Position numbers and translations under genes: made by a program
The notes under the pieces: generated by a model
The model's input: the letters and a program-made list of their open reading frames with translations, nothing else
What the model was told of the DNA's origin: nothing
Database searches by the model: none
Shown here: positions 43,560 to 57,823 of the stretch, in pieces
Layout: each line of letters opens with the position of its first letter
Numbering within the stretch: the stretch's first letter is position 1
From: Thiobacillus sp.
GTDB taxonomy: Bacteria; Pseudomonadota; Gammaproteobacteria; Burkholderiales; Thiobacillaceae
Reading direction: 5' to 3'
Assembly: GCA_046484355.1 (NCBI GenBank)
Contig: JAWOJD010000083.1
Span: 8,672 to 72,671 of the forward strand
DNA: 64,000 nucleotides

Positions 43560-44924
43560 TCAATCTACAACGGCCGCAGACCGTACAGCCGTGGCAATGG
43601 CTTTAGCGGTTTGCGCCACCAGGGCTGCATCGCGCCCTTCGACCATCACCCGGATCAATGGCTCGGTGCCGGATGCGCGCAAGACAATGCGGCCACTCCC
43701 GTTCAGCACAGACTCCGCTTCCAGAACGGATGCACTGACAGCGGGGGCCGCATCCAGTTTGAAGCTCTTTGCCACCGGAACGTTGATCATGACTTGCGGA
43801 TAGGTTTCCAGATCGCGGGTAAACGAATCCAGGGTCTCGCCGGTCTCGCGCAAGGCACGCAGCACCTGGAGCGCAGAAATAATGCCATCCCCGGTGGTGT
43901 GCTTGTCCAAACACAGGATATGCCCCGAGGTTTCCCCTCCCAGGGTCCAGCCGTTTGCATGCAGGCGCTCCATCACGTACCGGTCGCCCACCTTGGCGCG
44001 CTCAAATGGGACCTCGATGCGCCCCAGAGCGTGCTCGGTGCCCAGATTGGTCATCAGGGTGCCGACCACGCCGCCCTTCATATACCCTGTCTGGATGCGG
44101 TGACGCGCGATCACGTAGACCAGCTGGTCGCCGTCATAAATCCTGCCCTGGGCATCGGCCATCATCAGGCGGTCGCCATCGCCGTCGAGCGAAATGCCCA
44201 CATCCGCGCGATGGGAACGGACCGCATCGGCAAGCGACTTGGTATACGTCGCGCCGCATTGGTCGTTGATGTTAAACCCGTTTGGCTCATTGCCGATTGA
44301 AATGACCTCGGCCCCCAGTTCATGCAGCACATGCGGCGCAATGTGATAGGTCGCGCCGTTGGCGCAATCCACCACGATACGCAATCCTCGCAGATCGAGA
44401 TTGTTCGGGAAGGAACTCTTGCAGAACTCGATATACCGCGCAGCCGCATCTTCCATCCGGCGCGCACGCCCCAACTGGCGCGCCTCGACCGTCTTCATCG
44501 GGTGATCCAGGCGGGCCTCGATCGCCTCCTCCACGCTATCCGGAAGTTTCTCCCCGCTGGCCGAGAAGAATTTGATGCCGTTATCCTCGAAAGGATTGTG
44601 CGAAGCCGAGATCACCACCCCCGCCTGCAGGCGTAAGGCACGCGTCAGGTACGCTACCGCCGGCGTCGGCATCGGCCCGGTCATCAGCACGTTGACGCCG
44701 GCTGCGGTAAACCCGGCCTCCAGAGCTGCTTCCAGCATGTAGCCTGAAATGCGGGTGTCCTTGCCGATGAGCACGGTCGGGTGCTGGTTCGGCGGAAGGC
44801 TGCCGCGGTCGGCCACCAGCACCTGCCCTGCCGCGTAGCCCAGATGCATGACAAACTCGGGGGTGATCGGCGATTCGCCCACCTTGCCGCGCACGCCATC
44901 GGTGCCGAAATATTTACGTCCCAT
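43560..44924 (-). CDS. glmM: Phosphoglucosamine mutase
   Basis: Start at [13 protein letters not shown] (44924). Active-site SASHNP. The 503-aa track ORF is an over-extension into folP. Confidence 0.96.
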   Translation of the reverse strand: MGRKYFGTDGVRGKVGESPITPEFVMHLGYAAGQVLVADRGSLPPNQHPTVLIGKDTRISGYMLEAALEAGFTAAGVNVLMTGPMPTPAVAYLTRALRLQAGVVISASHNPFEDNGIKFFSASGEKLPDSVEEAIEARLDHPMKTVEARQLGRARRMEDAAARYIEFCKSSFPNNLDLRGLRIVVDCANGATYHIAPHVLHELGAEVISIGNEPNGFNINDQCGATYTKSLADAVRSHRADVGISLDGDGDRLMMADAQGRIYDGDQLVYVIARHRIQTGYMKGGVVGTLMTNLGTEHALGRIEVPFERAKVGDRYVMERLHANGWTLGGETSGHILCLDKHTTGDGIISALQVLRALRETGETLDSFTRDLETYPQVMINVPVAKSFKLDAAPAVSASVLEAESVLNGSGRIVLRASGTEPLIRVMVEGRDAALVAQTAKAIATAVRSAAVVD

Positions 44925-45753
44925 CCTGTTGTTCCTCCACCGCATTCCAAATGGCCAACGCGTCACGCGTGGCCGCCACATCATGTACCCGCAACATTTT
45001 CGCGCCCCGAGCCAGGGCAACCATATGCGCCGCAACCCCCGCGAATTCGCGTTGATCAACTTCACGTCCACTCAGAATCCCCAGCATCGATTTCCGCGAC
45101 AACCCGGCCAGCACAGGCAGTTCCAGCACGACCAGACGATCCAGATGCCTCAGCAGTGACAGATTGTGCTGCAGCGTCTTGCCAAAACCAAATCCCGGGT
45201 CGATCACCAGGCGTTCCCGGCCGATGCCAGCAGCAACACAGGCCTGCACCCGGTCGAGCAGGAAACCCTTCACCTCCTCGACCACATCGTCATAACGGGG
45301 CGACTGCTGCATGGTTTGGGGATCGCACTGCATATGCATCAGGCACACCGCCGCATCCGTGGCTGCCACGGTTTCCAGCGCTCCCGGCGCTCGCAGGGCC
45401 ATGACATCGTTCACCATGACTGCGCCCGCATCCAGTGCTGCCCGCATCACTTCTGGCTTTCTGGTGTCGATCGAGACCACGCACCCCAAGCCCGCGAGCG
45501 TCTGGATCACGGGCACCACGCGCTGGATCTCCGCCTCTGACGGCACCACGGCCGCGCCGGGCCGGGTGGATTCTCCCCCCACGTCCAGGATATCGGCGCC
45601 CGCTTCCCGAAGTTCGAGCGCATGGCGAACGGCCGCCCCGGAATCGACCCAGTGCCCGCCGTCCGAGAAAGAATCCGGCGTGACATTGACGATGCCCATG
45701 ATCAGGGGCCTTGCCAGCGAGAGACGGTGCAAACCTGCGTGAAGAAGAGACAT
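44914..45753 (-). CDS. folP: Dihydropteroate synthase
   Basis: 279 aa with [16 protein letters not shown] and [14 protein letters not shown]. Confidence 0.95.
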   Translation of the reverse strand: MSLLHAGLHRLSLARPLIMGIVNVTPDSFSDGGHWVDSGAAVRHALELREAGADILDVGGESTRPGAAVVPSEAEIQRVVPVIQTLAGLGCVVSIDTRKPEVMRAALDAGAVMVNDVMALRAPGALETVAATDAAVCLMHMQCDPQTMQQSPRYDDVVEEVKGFLLDRVQACVAAGIGRERLVIDPGFGFGKTLQHNLSLLRHLDRLVVLELPVLAGLSRKSMLGILSGREVDQREFAGVAAHMVALARGAKMLRVHDVAATRDALAIWNAVEEQQDGT

Positions 45754-45778
45754 AAAAACAGAGGGGCGAAAGCCCCTC
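45754..45778 (-). terminator. Hairpin plus T-tract between ftsH and folP
   Basis: Minus strand reads GAGGGGC-TTTC-GCCCCTC-TGTTTTT. The T-tract runs directly into the folP ATG. Confidence 0.55.
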
Positions 45779-45806
45779 CATTGTAGTAGGTGGCCCTGGA
45801 ACGGGC

Positions 45807-47699
45807 TCAGGTTTCCTGTGCGGGATGCGCAGCCGGAGCAGGTGCGCTGGGTTTGTCGCCCCCATTTGTCGGTGGCTGCGGCGCTGTGGAAGGCTTGGGC
45901 GGCCGGGCAGGACGTCCCGCCATGATGTCGGCAATCTGCTCGGCATCAATGGTTTCCCATTCCATCAAGGCGGCGGTCATTGCCTCGACCTTGTCACGAC
46001 CTTCGGTCAGGATTGTTTTGGCCCGGGCATATTGCTCGTCCAGAATTCGACGAATTTCGATGTCGACCTTCTGCATCGTGGCCTCGCTCATGTTCTTGTG
46101 CGTCGTTACCGATCGTCCGAGAAACACTTCACCCTCGTTCTCGCCATACACCATCGGCCCCAGCGCCTCGGACATGCCATAGCGGGTCACCATGTCGCGT
46201 GCGATGCTGGTCGCGCGCTCAAAGTCATTGGACGCGCCGGTCGAAATGCTGCCGACGAAGATCTCCTCAGCCACCCGCCCGCCAAACAGCATGGCGATCT
46301 GCGCCAGCATCTGATCCTGGTACAGGCTGTAGCGGTCGATTTCAGGCAGCGACATGGTCACGCCCAGCGCCCGTCCACGCGGGATCACGGTCACCTTGTG
46401 CACCGGATCGCAGCCCGGTAGGGACATCCCGATAATCGCATGGCCCGACTCGTGGTAAGCCGTCTTCTTCTTGTCCTCGGGGGTGATCACCATGGACTTG
46501 CGCTCGGCGCCCATGAAGATCTTGTCCTTGGCCTGCTCGAAGTCGTCCATGTCCACCAGGCGCTTATCGCCACGTGCGGCGAACAGGGCGGCCTCGTTGA
46601 CCAGGTTGGCCAAGTCTGCGCCAGACATCCCCGGCGTACCACGCGCCAGGATATCGGCGCGCACATCAGGGGCAACCGGCACCTTGCGCATGTGCACCAG
46701 CAGGATTTGCTCACGCCCCCGAATATCGGGCAGACCTACCACCACCTGGCGGTCGAATCGACCCGGACGCAGCAGCGCAGGGTCAAGCACATCAGGCCGG
46801 TTGGTCGCGGCAACCACGATCACGCCTGCATTTGCCTCGAAACCATCCATCTCAACCAGCAACTGGTTCAGGGTCTGCTCGCGCTCGTCGTTGCCGCCGC
46901 CCAGTCCCGCACCGCGCTGGCGCCCGACCGCATCGATTTCGTCGATGAAAATGATGCAGGGCGCACTCTTCTTCGCTTGCTCGAACATGTCGCGCACGCG
47001 CGCGGCGCCGACGCCGACGAACATTTCAACAAAATCGGAACCCGAAATGCTGAAGAATGGCACTTTGGCCTCACCGGCAATCGAACGTGCGAGGAGCGTT
47101 TTACCGGTACCGGGAGGACCCACCAGCAACACGCCGCGCGGAATCCGTCCACCCAGCTTCTGAAATTTGGACGGGTCTTTCAGGAAGTCGACCATTTCGA
47201 CGACGTCTTCCTTGGCCTCGTCGCATCCTGCCACATCGGCAAAGGTGACCGGGTTGGTGTTTTCGTCAAGGAGACGCGCCTTGCTCTTGCCAAACGAGAA
47301 CGCTCCGCCTTTGCCACCGCCCTGCATCTGGCGCATGAAGAAAATCCAGACGCCGATCAGCAGTAGCATGGGGAACCACGAAATGAACAGACTCATCAGG
47401 AAGGACGGCTGTTCCTCAGGCTTGGCCTCGACCGACACGCCGTTTTTCAGCAAATCGGAAACGAGCCAAGGGTCGGACGGCGCATAACTGGTGAAGCGCT
47501 GACCATCGCTGCGCTCGCCCTTCAGCACGTTGCCCTCGATCACCACCTTGGTGATCTGTTGTTGACGCACTTCTTCGATGAACTGCGAGTACGGCATCTG
47601 CGACTGCGTGGCACGCTGCGCACCGAACTGGTTGAACACCGTCATCAGCACGACGGCGATGATCATCCAGATGGCGACGTTCTTGGACAAATTGTTCAC
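45807..47699 (-). CDS. ftsH: ATP-dependent zinc metalloprotease FtsH
   Basis: Walker A GPPGTGKT and zinc site HESGHA. GTG start at 47699 (VNNLSKN) with AGGAG 8 nt upstream. Confidence 0.96.
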   Translation of the reverse strand: MNNLSKNVAIWMIIAVVLMTVFNQFGAQRATQSQMPYSQFIEEVRQQQITKVVIEGNVLKGERSDGQRFTSYAPSDPWLVSDLLKNGVSVEAKPEEQPSFLMSLFISWFPMLLLIGVWIFFMRQMQGGGKGGAFSFGKSKARLLDENTNPVTFADVAGCDEAKEDVVEMVDFLKDPSKFQKLGGRIPRGVLLVGPPGTGKTLLARSIAGEAKVPFFSISGSDFVEMFVGVGAARVRDMFEQAKKSAPCIIFIDEIDAVGRQRGAGLGGGNDEREQTLNQLLVEMDGFEANAGVIVVAATNRPDVLDPALLRPGRFDRQVVVGLPDIRGREQILLVHMRKVPVAPDVRADILARGTPGMSGADLANLVNEAALFAARGDKRLVDMDDFEQAKDKIFMGAERKSMVITPEDKKKTAYHESGHAIIGMSLPGCDPVHKVTVIPRGRALGVTMSLPEIDRYSLYQDQMLAQIAMLFGGRVAEEIFVGSISTGASNDFERATSIARDMVTRYGMSEALGPMVYGENEGEVFLGRSVTTHKNMSEATMQKVDIEIRRILDEQYARAKTILTEGRDKVEAMTAALMEWETIDAEQIADIMAGRPARPPKPSTAPQPPTNGGDKPSAPAPAAHPAQET

Positions 47700-47774
47700 A
47701 TTTACTCCTACGTGCTGAAAGCAGCACATTTAGACTCATTCTAAACCCGATCCAGCCGGGCTGTCACGACAGTA

Positions 47775-48422
47775 TCACGGCCTGTCATCCGGTGCAGCAA
47801 AAGGCCTGCGCCCCAACAGATAAACTTCGGAACTGCGGTCACGCGAGGCGTCCGGTTTGCGGATCAGCACCTGTTCGAATGACTGCCGCATCTGCGCCCG
47901 GAAATCTTCAAAATCCACGCCTTGAAAGACTTTGACGAGAAAGGCGCCATCTGGTTTCAACCAGCGCACCGCAAAATCAAGCGCCAACTCACATAATTCA
48001 TACTGCCGGGCCTGATCACGCAACATCACTCCACTAATATTGGGCGCCATGTCGCTTAATACAAGGTCCACCTGCCGGGACTGCAGTCTTTCTTCCAGCC
48101 AGCGTAGCGCCGCGTCTTCGGTGAAATCCCCTTCCAGGGCATCGACACCCGGCATCGGTGCCATCGGCAACAGATCAATGGCCAGGACCCTGCCCCCCTT
48201 TAGCTTCTGGAGCACGACCTGGCACCAGCTTCCGGGCGCCGCGCCCAGGTCCACGACCGTCATCCCGCCGCGCAACAGATGATCCCGCTTGTCGATTTCA
48301 AGCAGCTTGTAAGCCGCACGCGACCGATAGCTGTCCTGCTGCGCCTTTTTGACGTAAGGATCCGTCACGTGCTCGTGCATCCACGCACTGCCCGATTTGG
48401 TTCGCTTCGCTTTCTGCACCAT
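47775..48422 (-). CDS. rlmE: 23S rRNA (uridine2552-2'-O)-methyltransferase
   Basis: 215 aa with SRAAYKLLEID and the SAM site VVDLGAAPGSW. Upstream of ftsH. Confidence 0.93.
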   Translation of the reverse strand: MVQKAKRTKSGSAWMHEHVTDPYVKKAQQDSYRSRAAYKLLEIDKRDHLLRGGMTVVDLGAAPGSWCQVVLQKLKGGRVLAIDLLPMAPMPGVDALEGDFTEDAALRWLEERLQSRQVDLVLSDMAPNISGVMLRDQARQYELCELALDFAVRWLKPDGAFLVKVFQGVDFEDFRAQMRQSFEQVLIRKPDASRDRSSEVYLLGRRPFAAPDDRP

Positions 48423-48462
48423 CTCTATCGGCTACAATCCGCGCTTGTTTAAAGGAATACGC

Positions 48463-48759
48463 ATGAAATCACTCACGACCGCTCAGCGACAGCATCTCAA
48501 AAGCCTGGCTCACAGCCGCCAGCCGGTGGTCATGATCGGAAGTAACGGGCTGACTGCGGCCGTTCTGAAGGAAATCGAGCTTGCGCTCGCAGCGCATGAA
48601 CTGATCAAGATCAAGACCTCCAGCAACGAACTGGACACGCGCCGCGCCTGGCTGGAGGAAATCTGCACCGCCACGGCCGCAGTGCCGGTGCAACAAATTG
48701 GAAAGATACTGGTCATTTACCGGGCGGCCGACAAGCCCGGCATTGCCCTTCCCGCCTGA
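48463..48759 (+). CDS. yhbY: RNA-binding protein YhbY (CRM domain)
   Basis: 98 aa from MKSLTTAQRQHLKSLAH, with PVVMIGSNGLT and ELIKIK. Divergent from rlmE. Confidence 0.85.
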   Translation: MKSLTTAQRQHLKSLAHSRQPVVMIGSNGLTAAVLKEIELALAAHELIKIKTSSNELDTRRAWLEEICTATAAVPVQQIGKILVIYRAADKPGIALPA

Positions 48760-48773
48760 TACACAGCAGGCCG

Positions 48774-49232
48774 CTATCGCACCAAACCCGCGCGCCAGAC
48801 CAGCACCAGTCCCAGCGCACTCTGAATCAGGTAAAGAATACTCGACACGCCATGCCAGCGGGCGAACCGGTCGGCAAACACGCTTTGCATGACCGCATGC
48901 GGCATGGCCTGGTCCTTCAGGCTCTGCATGATGGGCTGGATACCAAAATGACCCGCGAGGGTGAGTGCCAACATCAATGCCACTGCCCAGAAAAACGCTG
49001 TCTTCAGCGCAGCACCGCCCTCTCGAGCAATCCGATAAATCAGTAGATACGCCGCAGAAACAATCCCGATCCAGGCAATCATGTTGAAAAGCTTGCCGGC
49101 CAGCATCCCGGCCAGTTGCTTGTCGTCCAGACTGGCGAATAGCACCGGCGCAGCGATATAACCGATCGCCCACATACCGCCGATCCACAATACCAGCAAT
49201 ACACCGGCGAGGCCGTTCCAGAAGCGACGCAT
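48774..49232 (-). CDS. DUF4149-type membrane protein
   Basis: 152 aa with four hydrophobic helices. Lies between greA and yhbY. Family assignment is from memory. Confidence 0.6.
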   Translation of the reverse strand: MRRFWNGLAGVLLVLWIGGMWAIGYIAAPVLFASLDDKQLAGMLAGKLFNMIAWIGIVSAAYLLIYRIAREGGAALKTAFFWAVALMLALTLAGHFGIQPIMQSLKDQAMPHAVMQSVFADRFARWHGVSSILYLIQSALGLVLVWRAGLVR

Positions 49233-49234
49233 GC

Positions 49235-49711
49235 CTATTTGTACAAAACGTCCAGGACTTCGTACTGGCGCGCGCCGCCGGGTGCCTGCACTTCCACGCT
49301 GTCGCCGGCATATTTCCCGATCAGTGCGCGGGCAATGGGCGACGACACGGAAATCTTGCCCTGCTTGATATCGGCCTCGTCGTCACCGACGATCTGATAG
49401 GTGACGATATCACCCGACTCGACGTCTTCCAGTTCAACGGTTGCGGCAAATACGATACGACCGTCCACATCCAGTTGAGTCGGATCGATGATCTGCGCAT
49501 TCGACAGTTTGCCTTCCAGATCAGCAATTCGTCCTTCGAGGAATCCCTGTTTTTCCTTGGCGGCATCGTACTCGGCATTTTCAGAGAGATCGCCTTGGGC
49601 ACGTGCTTCGGCAATCGCCTGAATCACGGCAGGTCGCTCAACGCTTTTCAAATGTTGCAACTCGACGCGCAATTTTTCGACGCCGACTACTGTAAGGGGA
49701 ACTTTGCTCAC
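49235..49711 (-). CDS. greA: Transcription elongation factor GreA
   Basis: 158 aa with [14 protein letters not shown]. Confidence 0.96.
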   Translation of the reverse strand: MSKVPLTVVGVEKLRVELQHLKSVERPAVIQAIAEARAQGDLSENAEYDAAKEKQGFLEGRIADLEGKLSNAQIIDPTQLDVDGRIVFAATVELEDVESGDIVTYQIVGDDEADIKQGKISVSSPIARALIGKYAGDSVEVQAPGGARQYEVLDVLYK

Positions 49712-49729
49712 GGGGTTACCTTGTTTGGA

Positions 49730-52936
<3,207 letters not shown>

Positions 52937-52938
52937 GA

Positions 52939-54078
52939 TCAGGGTGCCGCAGGGTGGTCAGCCATCAGCTGGATAAATCGGTCGAACAGGTAGCTCACGT
53001 CGTGCGGGCCGGGGCTGGCTTCAGGGTGCCCCTGGAAGCTGAAGGCGGGAACGTCGGTGCGGGCAATGCCCTGCAATGAGCCATCGAACAGCGACACGTG
53101 GGTGCTGCGCAGATTGTCAGACAGGGTCGTCGCATCCACGGCGAAGCCATGGTTCTGGCTGGTAATGGCCACCCGGCCGCTGTCGAGATCCTTGACCGGG
53201 TGGTTGGCGCCATGATGGCCGAATTTCATTTTCACTGTTCTGGCACCCGAAGCCAACGCAAGCAATTGATGCCCCAGGCAAATGCCAAAGGTGGGGATTT
53301 TCGCCGCAAGGAGTTCACTGATCGCACGAATCGCGTAATCGCAGGGCTCCGGGTCACCCGGGCCATTCGAGAGGAACACGCCGTCCGGCTTCAGGGCAAG
53401 GACATCGGCCGCAGACGCCGTGGCGGGCAGCACACTCAGGCGACAGCCACGCTCGGCCAGCATGCGCAGGATATTGCGCTTGACGCCATAATCGAAAGCC
53501 ACGACATGAAAACGCGGCGCATCCGATTCACCGTAGCCGCGTCCCAGCTTCCACTCTGTTTCGTGCCAGTCATACGCCGCCGGAGCAGTCACCACCTTGG
53601 CGAGGTCCATGCCGGCCAGGCCCGGAAAGGCCCGCGCTGCCTCCAGCGCAACCGTCTCGTCCAGCTCACCCGCCATGATGCAACCACTTTGCGCACCTTT
53701 TTCCCGAAGCAGGCGCGTCAGTCGCCGCGTGTCGATGTCGGCAATCGCAACGATATTCTGGCTTTTGAGATAGTCCGGCAATGACTGAACAGCGCGGAAA
53801 TTGGAATGCAGCCGCGGCACATCCCGGACCACCAGGCCTGCCGCATGAATCCGGCTTGCCTCGACGTCTTCGCCATTCACCCCCGTGTTGCCGATGTGCG
53901 GATAGGTCAGCGTCACGATCTGGCGAGAATACGAAGGGTCGGTGAGGATTTCCTGATAACCGGTCAGCGCGGTGTTGAACACCACCTCACCGGTTGTCAT
54001 GCCATCTGCACCGATGGACAGACCGCGAAATACCGAACCGTCAGCTAAAACGAGGATGGCGGGTTGGGCACGTGACAA
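52939..54078 (-). CDS. carA: Carbamoyl-phosphate synthase small subunit
   Basis: 379 aa with the glutamine amidotransferase triad context GICLGHQ. Confidence 0.97.
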   Translation of the reverse strand: MSRAQPAILVLADGSVFRGLSIGADGMTTGEVVFNTALTGYQEILTDPSYSRQIVTLTYPHIGNTGVNGEDVEASRIHAAGLVVRDVPRLHSNFRAVQSLPDYLKSQNIVAIADIDTRRLTRLLREKGAQSGCIMAGELDETVALEAARAFPGLAGMDLAKVVTAPAAYDWHETEWKLGRGYGESDAPRFHVVAFDYGVKRNILRMLAERGCRLSVLPATASAADVLALKPDGVFLSNGPGDPEPCDYAIRAISELLAAKIPTFGICLGHQLLALASGARTVKMKFGHHGANHPVKDLDSGRVAITSQNHGFAVDATTLSDNLRSTHVSLFDGSLQGIARTDVPAFSFQGHPEASPGPHDVSYLFDRFIQLMADHPAAP

Positions 54079-54115
54079 GGAAAGCTCCGCAAGACTAATA
54101 GGCGTGGTGCAGGTG

Positions 54116-54154
54116 ACAAAATTCAGGCGGGACGCTTGCGCGAACCCGCCTGAA
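54116..54154 (-). terminator. Rho-independent terminator after the glutaredoxin gene
   Basis: Minus strand reads TTCAGGCGGG-n13-CCCGCCTGAA followed by TTTTGT. Confidence 0.6.
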
Positions 54155-54223
54155 CTTGAATGCGGGAATTGTAGCCGAATCGGGAGTCGGCTTCAATGCT
54201 TCAAGGCGCTGGGACAGCCCCGT

Positions 54224-54478
54224 TCAGGGATGCAGATGGTCCAGACCACCGTCCATGTCGACCTCGGTCAGCTCGGTGAAACCGCCGATACAGACACCGT
54301 CGACAACGATCTGGGGGACCGTGCGTGCGCCGTTTGTCACAACGGCAAACTCCTTCATGGCCTCGCGATCGAGATCGATGCGGACTTCGTCGTAGCCAAT
54401 GCCGCGTTTGTCGAGAAAGGCCTTGGCCTTGACGCAGACGGGGCAAGTGCCCGTGCTGTAAACCTTGACAGCGTTCAT
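54224..54478 (-). CDS. Glutaredoxin (GrxC-like) with a CPVC active site
   Basis: 84 aa with TCPVCVKAKAFL, TVPQIVVDG and GGFTEL. Confidence 0.85.
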   Translation of the reverse strand: MNAVKVYSTGTCPVCVKAKAFLDKRGIGYDEVRIDLDREAMKEFAVVTNGARTVPQIVVDGVCIGGFTELTEVDMDGGLDHLHP

Positions 54479-54500
54479 GATGGGTTCTGTTCCAATATGG

Positions 54501-55304
54501 TTATTTTAGATTCAGCACGTCACGCATGTCGTACAGACCCGGCGCGCGGCCCTGCAACCATTTGGCCGCACGCAGGGCGCCCTGGGCAAAAGTTGCACGA
54601 CTGCTGGCCTTGTGGGTCAGTTCGACGCGTTCGCCGATGCCTGCGAACAGCAGCGTGTGATCGCCGACGATGTCGCCGCCGCGCACAGTCGCGAAACCGA
54701 TCGTGCCGGGATCGCGTTCGCCGGTGACGCCCTCGCGTCCGTAGACCGCGCAGCTGGCCAGATCGCGGTTGACGGCGCGGGCAACGGCCTGTCCCAATCC
54801 GAGCGCAGTACCAGAGGGCGCATCGACCTTGTGCCTGTGGTGTGCCTCGATGATTTCGATGTCGTAACCATCCTGCAACACCTGGGCGGCAAGTTCAGCC
54901 AGCTTCATCAGCAGGTTCACGCCTACGCTCATGTTCGGCGCGAACACGACCGGAATCTGCCGGGCTGCCTCCGCGATGCGCGCCTTGCCGGCCTCATCAA
55001 AGCCCGTGGTGCCGATGACAAGCGGCACACCGGCGGCGGCGCAGGCATCGAGATATCCAAAAGTGGCCTCGGGACGGGTGAAATCGATCAGCGCACCGGC
55101 GCCCCGGAGGACGGCGGGCGCCTGATCGGATACGATCACACCACTGGCAGCGCCCCAGGCAGCACCGGCATCCTGACCGGCCAGCGGGCTGCCTGGACGA
55201 TCGATTGCTGCACACAGTGCGCAATCCGCATCGGCAGCCACCGCTTCAAGCAGCGCGCGCCCCATCCGGCCGGACACGCCGGCAATGGCGATCTGCGTAC
55301 TCAT
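54501..55304 (-). CDS. dapB: 4-hydroxy-tetrahydrodipicolinate reductase
   Basis: 267 aa with [10 protein letters not shown] and [15 protein letters not shown]. Confidence 0.96.
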   Translation of the reverse strand: MSTQIAIAGVSGRMGRALLEAVAADADCALCAAIDRPGSPLAGQDAGAAWGAASGVIVSDQAPAVLRGAGALIDFTRPEATFGYLDACAAAGVPLVIGTTGFDEAGKARIAEAARQIPVVFAPNMSVGVNLLMKLAELAAQVLQDGYDIEIIEAHHRHKVDAPSGTALGLGQAVARAVNRDLASCAVYGREGVTGERDPGTIGFATVRGGDIVGDHTLLFAGIGERVELTHKASSRATFAQGALRAAKWLQGRAPGLYDMRDVLNLK

Positions 55305-56443
55305 GGCTTGGCACGGCGCAGCACTGACAGCACTTTCTCCTCGACGACCAGCCAGCGGCCATCGCGTTCAACCATGCGCAACTGCTTGACGACGGCGTCA
55401 CGGTATCTGTCGGACTGATAAAACTGATTGAAGGTGACCGTGGCGCTCCCATCTGCAGCCCGATCGACGGAAGGCGATTCAATCTTGAGATCGATATTTT
55501 TTGCTGCACCTAGCAACATCCGGCGGCGCTTCTCCCAGTCGGCACGGCTTCCGCCCCCCTGCGGGATGAAGCTGGCATCGTAAGCGGCAAGGTAGGCCTT
55601 GTCGTCACGTTTCTGCCATGACGCAACCCACGCATCGAGCGCCTGCATGATGGCAGCGTCCGGATCTGCGACATGCGCAGGCTCGGAAAAGGCAGGCATC
55701 ACATCCGGCTTGATTTGAGCCACATCCGTTTCGGGCTGCAGGCTCAGGTCGGCAGGCGGGCGGGAATCGACATATGCTGGCGCATTTTTATATGCTGGCG
55801 CATTTTTGGGGTTTGGCAATGCGGGAACGATGCTGGTCGCCACCGTCGAAGTGTGGTCGGGTCGGGTCGGTGCAACGACTGGGGCCGGCTTGCTCGGGGC
55901 CGCATCCGAAGGCACCATGACCACCGGAGAAGCTTTAACCGGCTCGGGAAGGGGTACTGTCGTTGCCGTCGGTGCGGGCGAACTGCCTGCCACCGAAACG
56001 CTTGCAGTCTCCGGAACGGCAGGAACAGGCTCCGGCCTGAATGCCACTGTTTCCGCCAATGCACGGGACTCGTCTTTCGGCTCAAGTTGTATCGCTGAAG
56101 CGGGCTCCGGAATCATCGGGCCGGCAGCAGGCAGATCGCTCTCGATACGCACCAGCGTGTCGCCCTCGAAGAACAGCGAGATGCGTTTTTGCTCGGCAAG
56201 CTTGCCGCCCTTGTAGTCCACATAGACATAATCCCAGCGATCCGTCCGAAAGGGATCGACCACCAGCGGCGTCCCCAGCAGAAACCGGACCTGGGAACGA
56301 TTCAGCCCTGTTTTCAGGCGGGCAACGTTCTCCTGATCGAGCGCATTGCCCTGCTGAACATCGATTCGATGGGGACCGAGCTTGACGCTGGAGCATCCGG
56401 CGACCAGGCTCAACAACAGAGCGGAAATCAGGAATTGACGCAT
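55301..56443 (-). CDS. bamE: Outer-membrane lipoprotein BamE fused to a Pro/Ala-rich linker and a C-terminal NTF2/SnoaL-like domain
   Basis: 380 aa from [17 protein letters not shown] (lipobox). BamE core [31 protein letters not shown]…DRWDYVY. About 160 aa of P/A/S/V-rich sequence follows. C-terminus has [28 protein letters not shown]. Divergent from fur; ATGA overlap with dapB. Confidence 0.8.
   Translation of the reverse strand: MRQFLISALLLSLVAGCSSVKLGPHRIDVQQGNALDQENVARLKTGLNRSQVRFLLGTPLVVDPFRTDRWDYVYVDYKGGKLAEQKRISLFFEGDTLVRIESDLPAAGPMIPEPASAIQLEPKDESRALAETVAFRPEPVPAVPETASVSVAGSSPAPTATTVPLPEPVKASPVVMVPSDAAPSKPAPVVAPTRPDHTSTVATSIVPALPNPKNAPAYKNAPAYVDSRPPADLSLQPETDVAQIKPDVMPAFSEPAHVADPDAAIMQALDAWVASWQKRDDKAYLAAYDASFIPQGGGSRADWEKRRRMLLGAAKNIDLKIESPSVDRAADGSATVTFNQFYQSDRYRDAVVKQLRMVERDGRWLVVEEKVLSVLRRAKP
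55772..55807. repeat. Perfect 18-bp in-frame tandem duplication inside the BamE linker
   Basis: ATATGCTGGCGCATTTTT occurs twice, encoding [12 protein letters not shown] on the minus strand. Confidence 0.95.
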
Positions 56444-56522
56444 AGCCAGGAAACCGTAATGGTTGGGACGGTTGGAAAAAAACGTATCATAACGTATTCG
56501 CGTACCCGTTCTGGAGACCCCA

Positions 56523-56969
56523 TTGAGCAATCCATCCGATCTCAAGAGCATCGGTCTCAAAGCCACCCTGCCGCGCCTGAAAATCCTCGATCTGTTCGAG
56601 CAGAGCGACAAGCGCCACATGACCGCCGAGGAAGTGTATCGGCTGCTGACCGACGAAGGCCAGGAGATCGGCCTGGCCACGGTCTACCGTGTCCTCACCC
56701 AGTTCGAGCAGGCCGGCCTGTTGATGCGCCACCATTTCGACAGCGACAAAGCCGTTTTCGAGTTGAACGAGGGTGAGCACCACGACCATCTGGTCTGCCT
56801 GCAGTGCGGAAAGGTCGAGGAGTTTTTCGACAGCGAGATTGAGAAACGCCAGAACCGCATCGCCAAGGAGCGCGGCTTTTCCATCCACGACCACTCGTTG
56901 CAGATTTATGCCGACTGCATCAAGGAAGACTGTCCCAACCGGAAGTCGAGCGACACCCGTCAGCGCTGA
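56523..56969 (+). CDS. fur: Ferric uptake regulator
   Basis: 148 aa with a TTG start and a GGAGA RBS. Contains [21 protein letters not shown] and the CxxC pairs. Confidence 0.93.
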   Translation: MSNPSDLKSIGLKATLPRLKILDLFEQSDKRHMTAEEVYRLLTDEGQEIGLATVYRVLTQFEQAGLLMRHHFDSDKAVFELNEGEHHDHLVCLQCGKVEEFFDSEIEKRQNRIAKERGFSIHDHSLQIYADCIKEDCPNRKSSDTRQR

Positions 56970-57823
56970 TACGGCGCGAGCGACGTGCACAGTGCCGCGA
57001 CACCATCGATCGATCGCGGCGTCAACCGATGCAGCAGGTCTGCATCAACCGTAACGAAAGCCTGATTCTTAACCGCCGGGAGGCTGCCGAACCGCTGCCA
57101 CTGGCGCCGCAGGCCGGGCGCATCATTACCGCCCGCAATCAACGCCGGCGCACGTTGCAGGACAGCTTCGAGCGACACCACCGAAGACAGGCCTCGCAGG
57201 TCGGCAAACACATTGCGTGCGCCGCAAACAGCCAGCGCATCGCTGATCCAGTGTTCGCCGCCCACCGTCATCAACGGGCGCGCCCAGACCTGATAGAACA
57301 CGTCGAGGGGAGCCTGCGTGGTCGCCTGCCTCTGCAGTGCTGCCAGCCTGGCGGTCACGGACTGTGCAACCGCCTCGGCTTGCTCCCCATGTCCGCTTGC
57401 CCGCCCGACCAGCCGGAGCAGACGTGCGATATCGTCGAGCCGGGTGGCGCGAGTGTGCAGCACGGGCAGCCCCATTTTTGCCAAGCCGTGAATATCCGCC
57501 GCGCGGTTGCCGCCCATCCAGACGACCACAAGATCGGGCTTGAGCGCCAGAATGCGCTCGAAGTTGATGCGACTGAAATCGCCCACACGCGGCAGGAATC
57601 GCGCTGCCTTCGGGTAATCGCTGGCACTATCCGCCCCCACCAATTGCCCGCCGGCACCGGCAGCGAACAGCAGTTCGGTCAGGTGGGGCGCCAGTGAAAT
57701 GATGCGCTGGGGCGCCAGGGGCAGTTCGAGCGTCTGGCCGGCGTCATCGACCAAACGGATGGATGCGGCCTGCGCGGACCCGACAAGCAGCAGGCAGAGG
57801 CAGAAAACGATGCGATGAATCAT
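56960..57823 (-). CDS. Periplasmic substrate-binding protein, BtuF/cobalamin-type ABC family
   Basis: 287 aa from [19 protein letters not shown]. Contains [19 protein letters not shown] and KPDLVVVW. The 441-aa track ORF is an over-extension. Confidence 0.75.
   Translation of the reverse strand: MIHRIVFCLCLLLVGSAQAASIRLVDDAGQTLELPLAPQRIISLAPHLTELLFAAGAGGQLVGADSASDYPKAARFLPRVGDFSRINFERILALKPDLVVVWMGGNRAADIHGLAKMGLPVLHTRATRLDDIARLLRLVGRASGHGEQAEAVAQSVTARLAALQRQATTQAPLDVFYQVWARPLMTVGGEHWISDALAVCGARNVFADLRGLSSVVSLEAVLQRAPALIAGGNDAPGLRRQWQRFGSLPAVKNQAFVTVDADLLHRLTPRSIDGVAALCTSLAPYQR

Larger units (their letters stand above)
43451..43586. repeat. 68-bp tandem duplication (2 copies, 64/68 identical by hand alignment) spanning the glmM 3-prime end and the pstS promoter
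   Basis: Copy 1 is 43451-43518 and copy 2 is 43519-43586. Both read ACTAACGATCAAT(T/C)ATTA(C/T)AGATATATTTCAGGGTGGGCAATCAA(G/T)CTACAACGGCCGCAGACCGTA(T/C). Confidence 0.95.

Noticed and set aside
56444-56522. Looked for a Fur box in the divergent fur/bamE promoter region (AACGTATCATAACGTATTC).
   Set aside because: It has only weak resemblance to GATAATGATAATCATTATC and contains a direct rather than inverted ACGTAT repeat. This is not enough to call.
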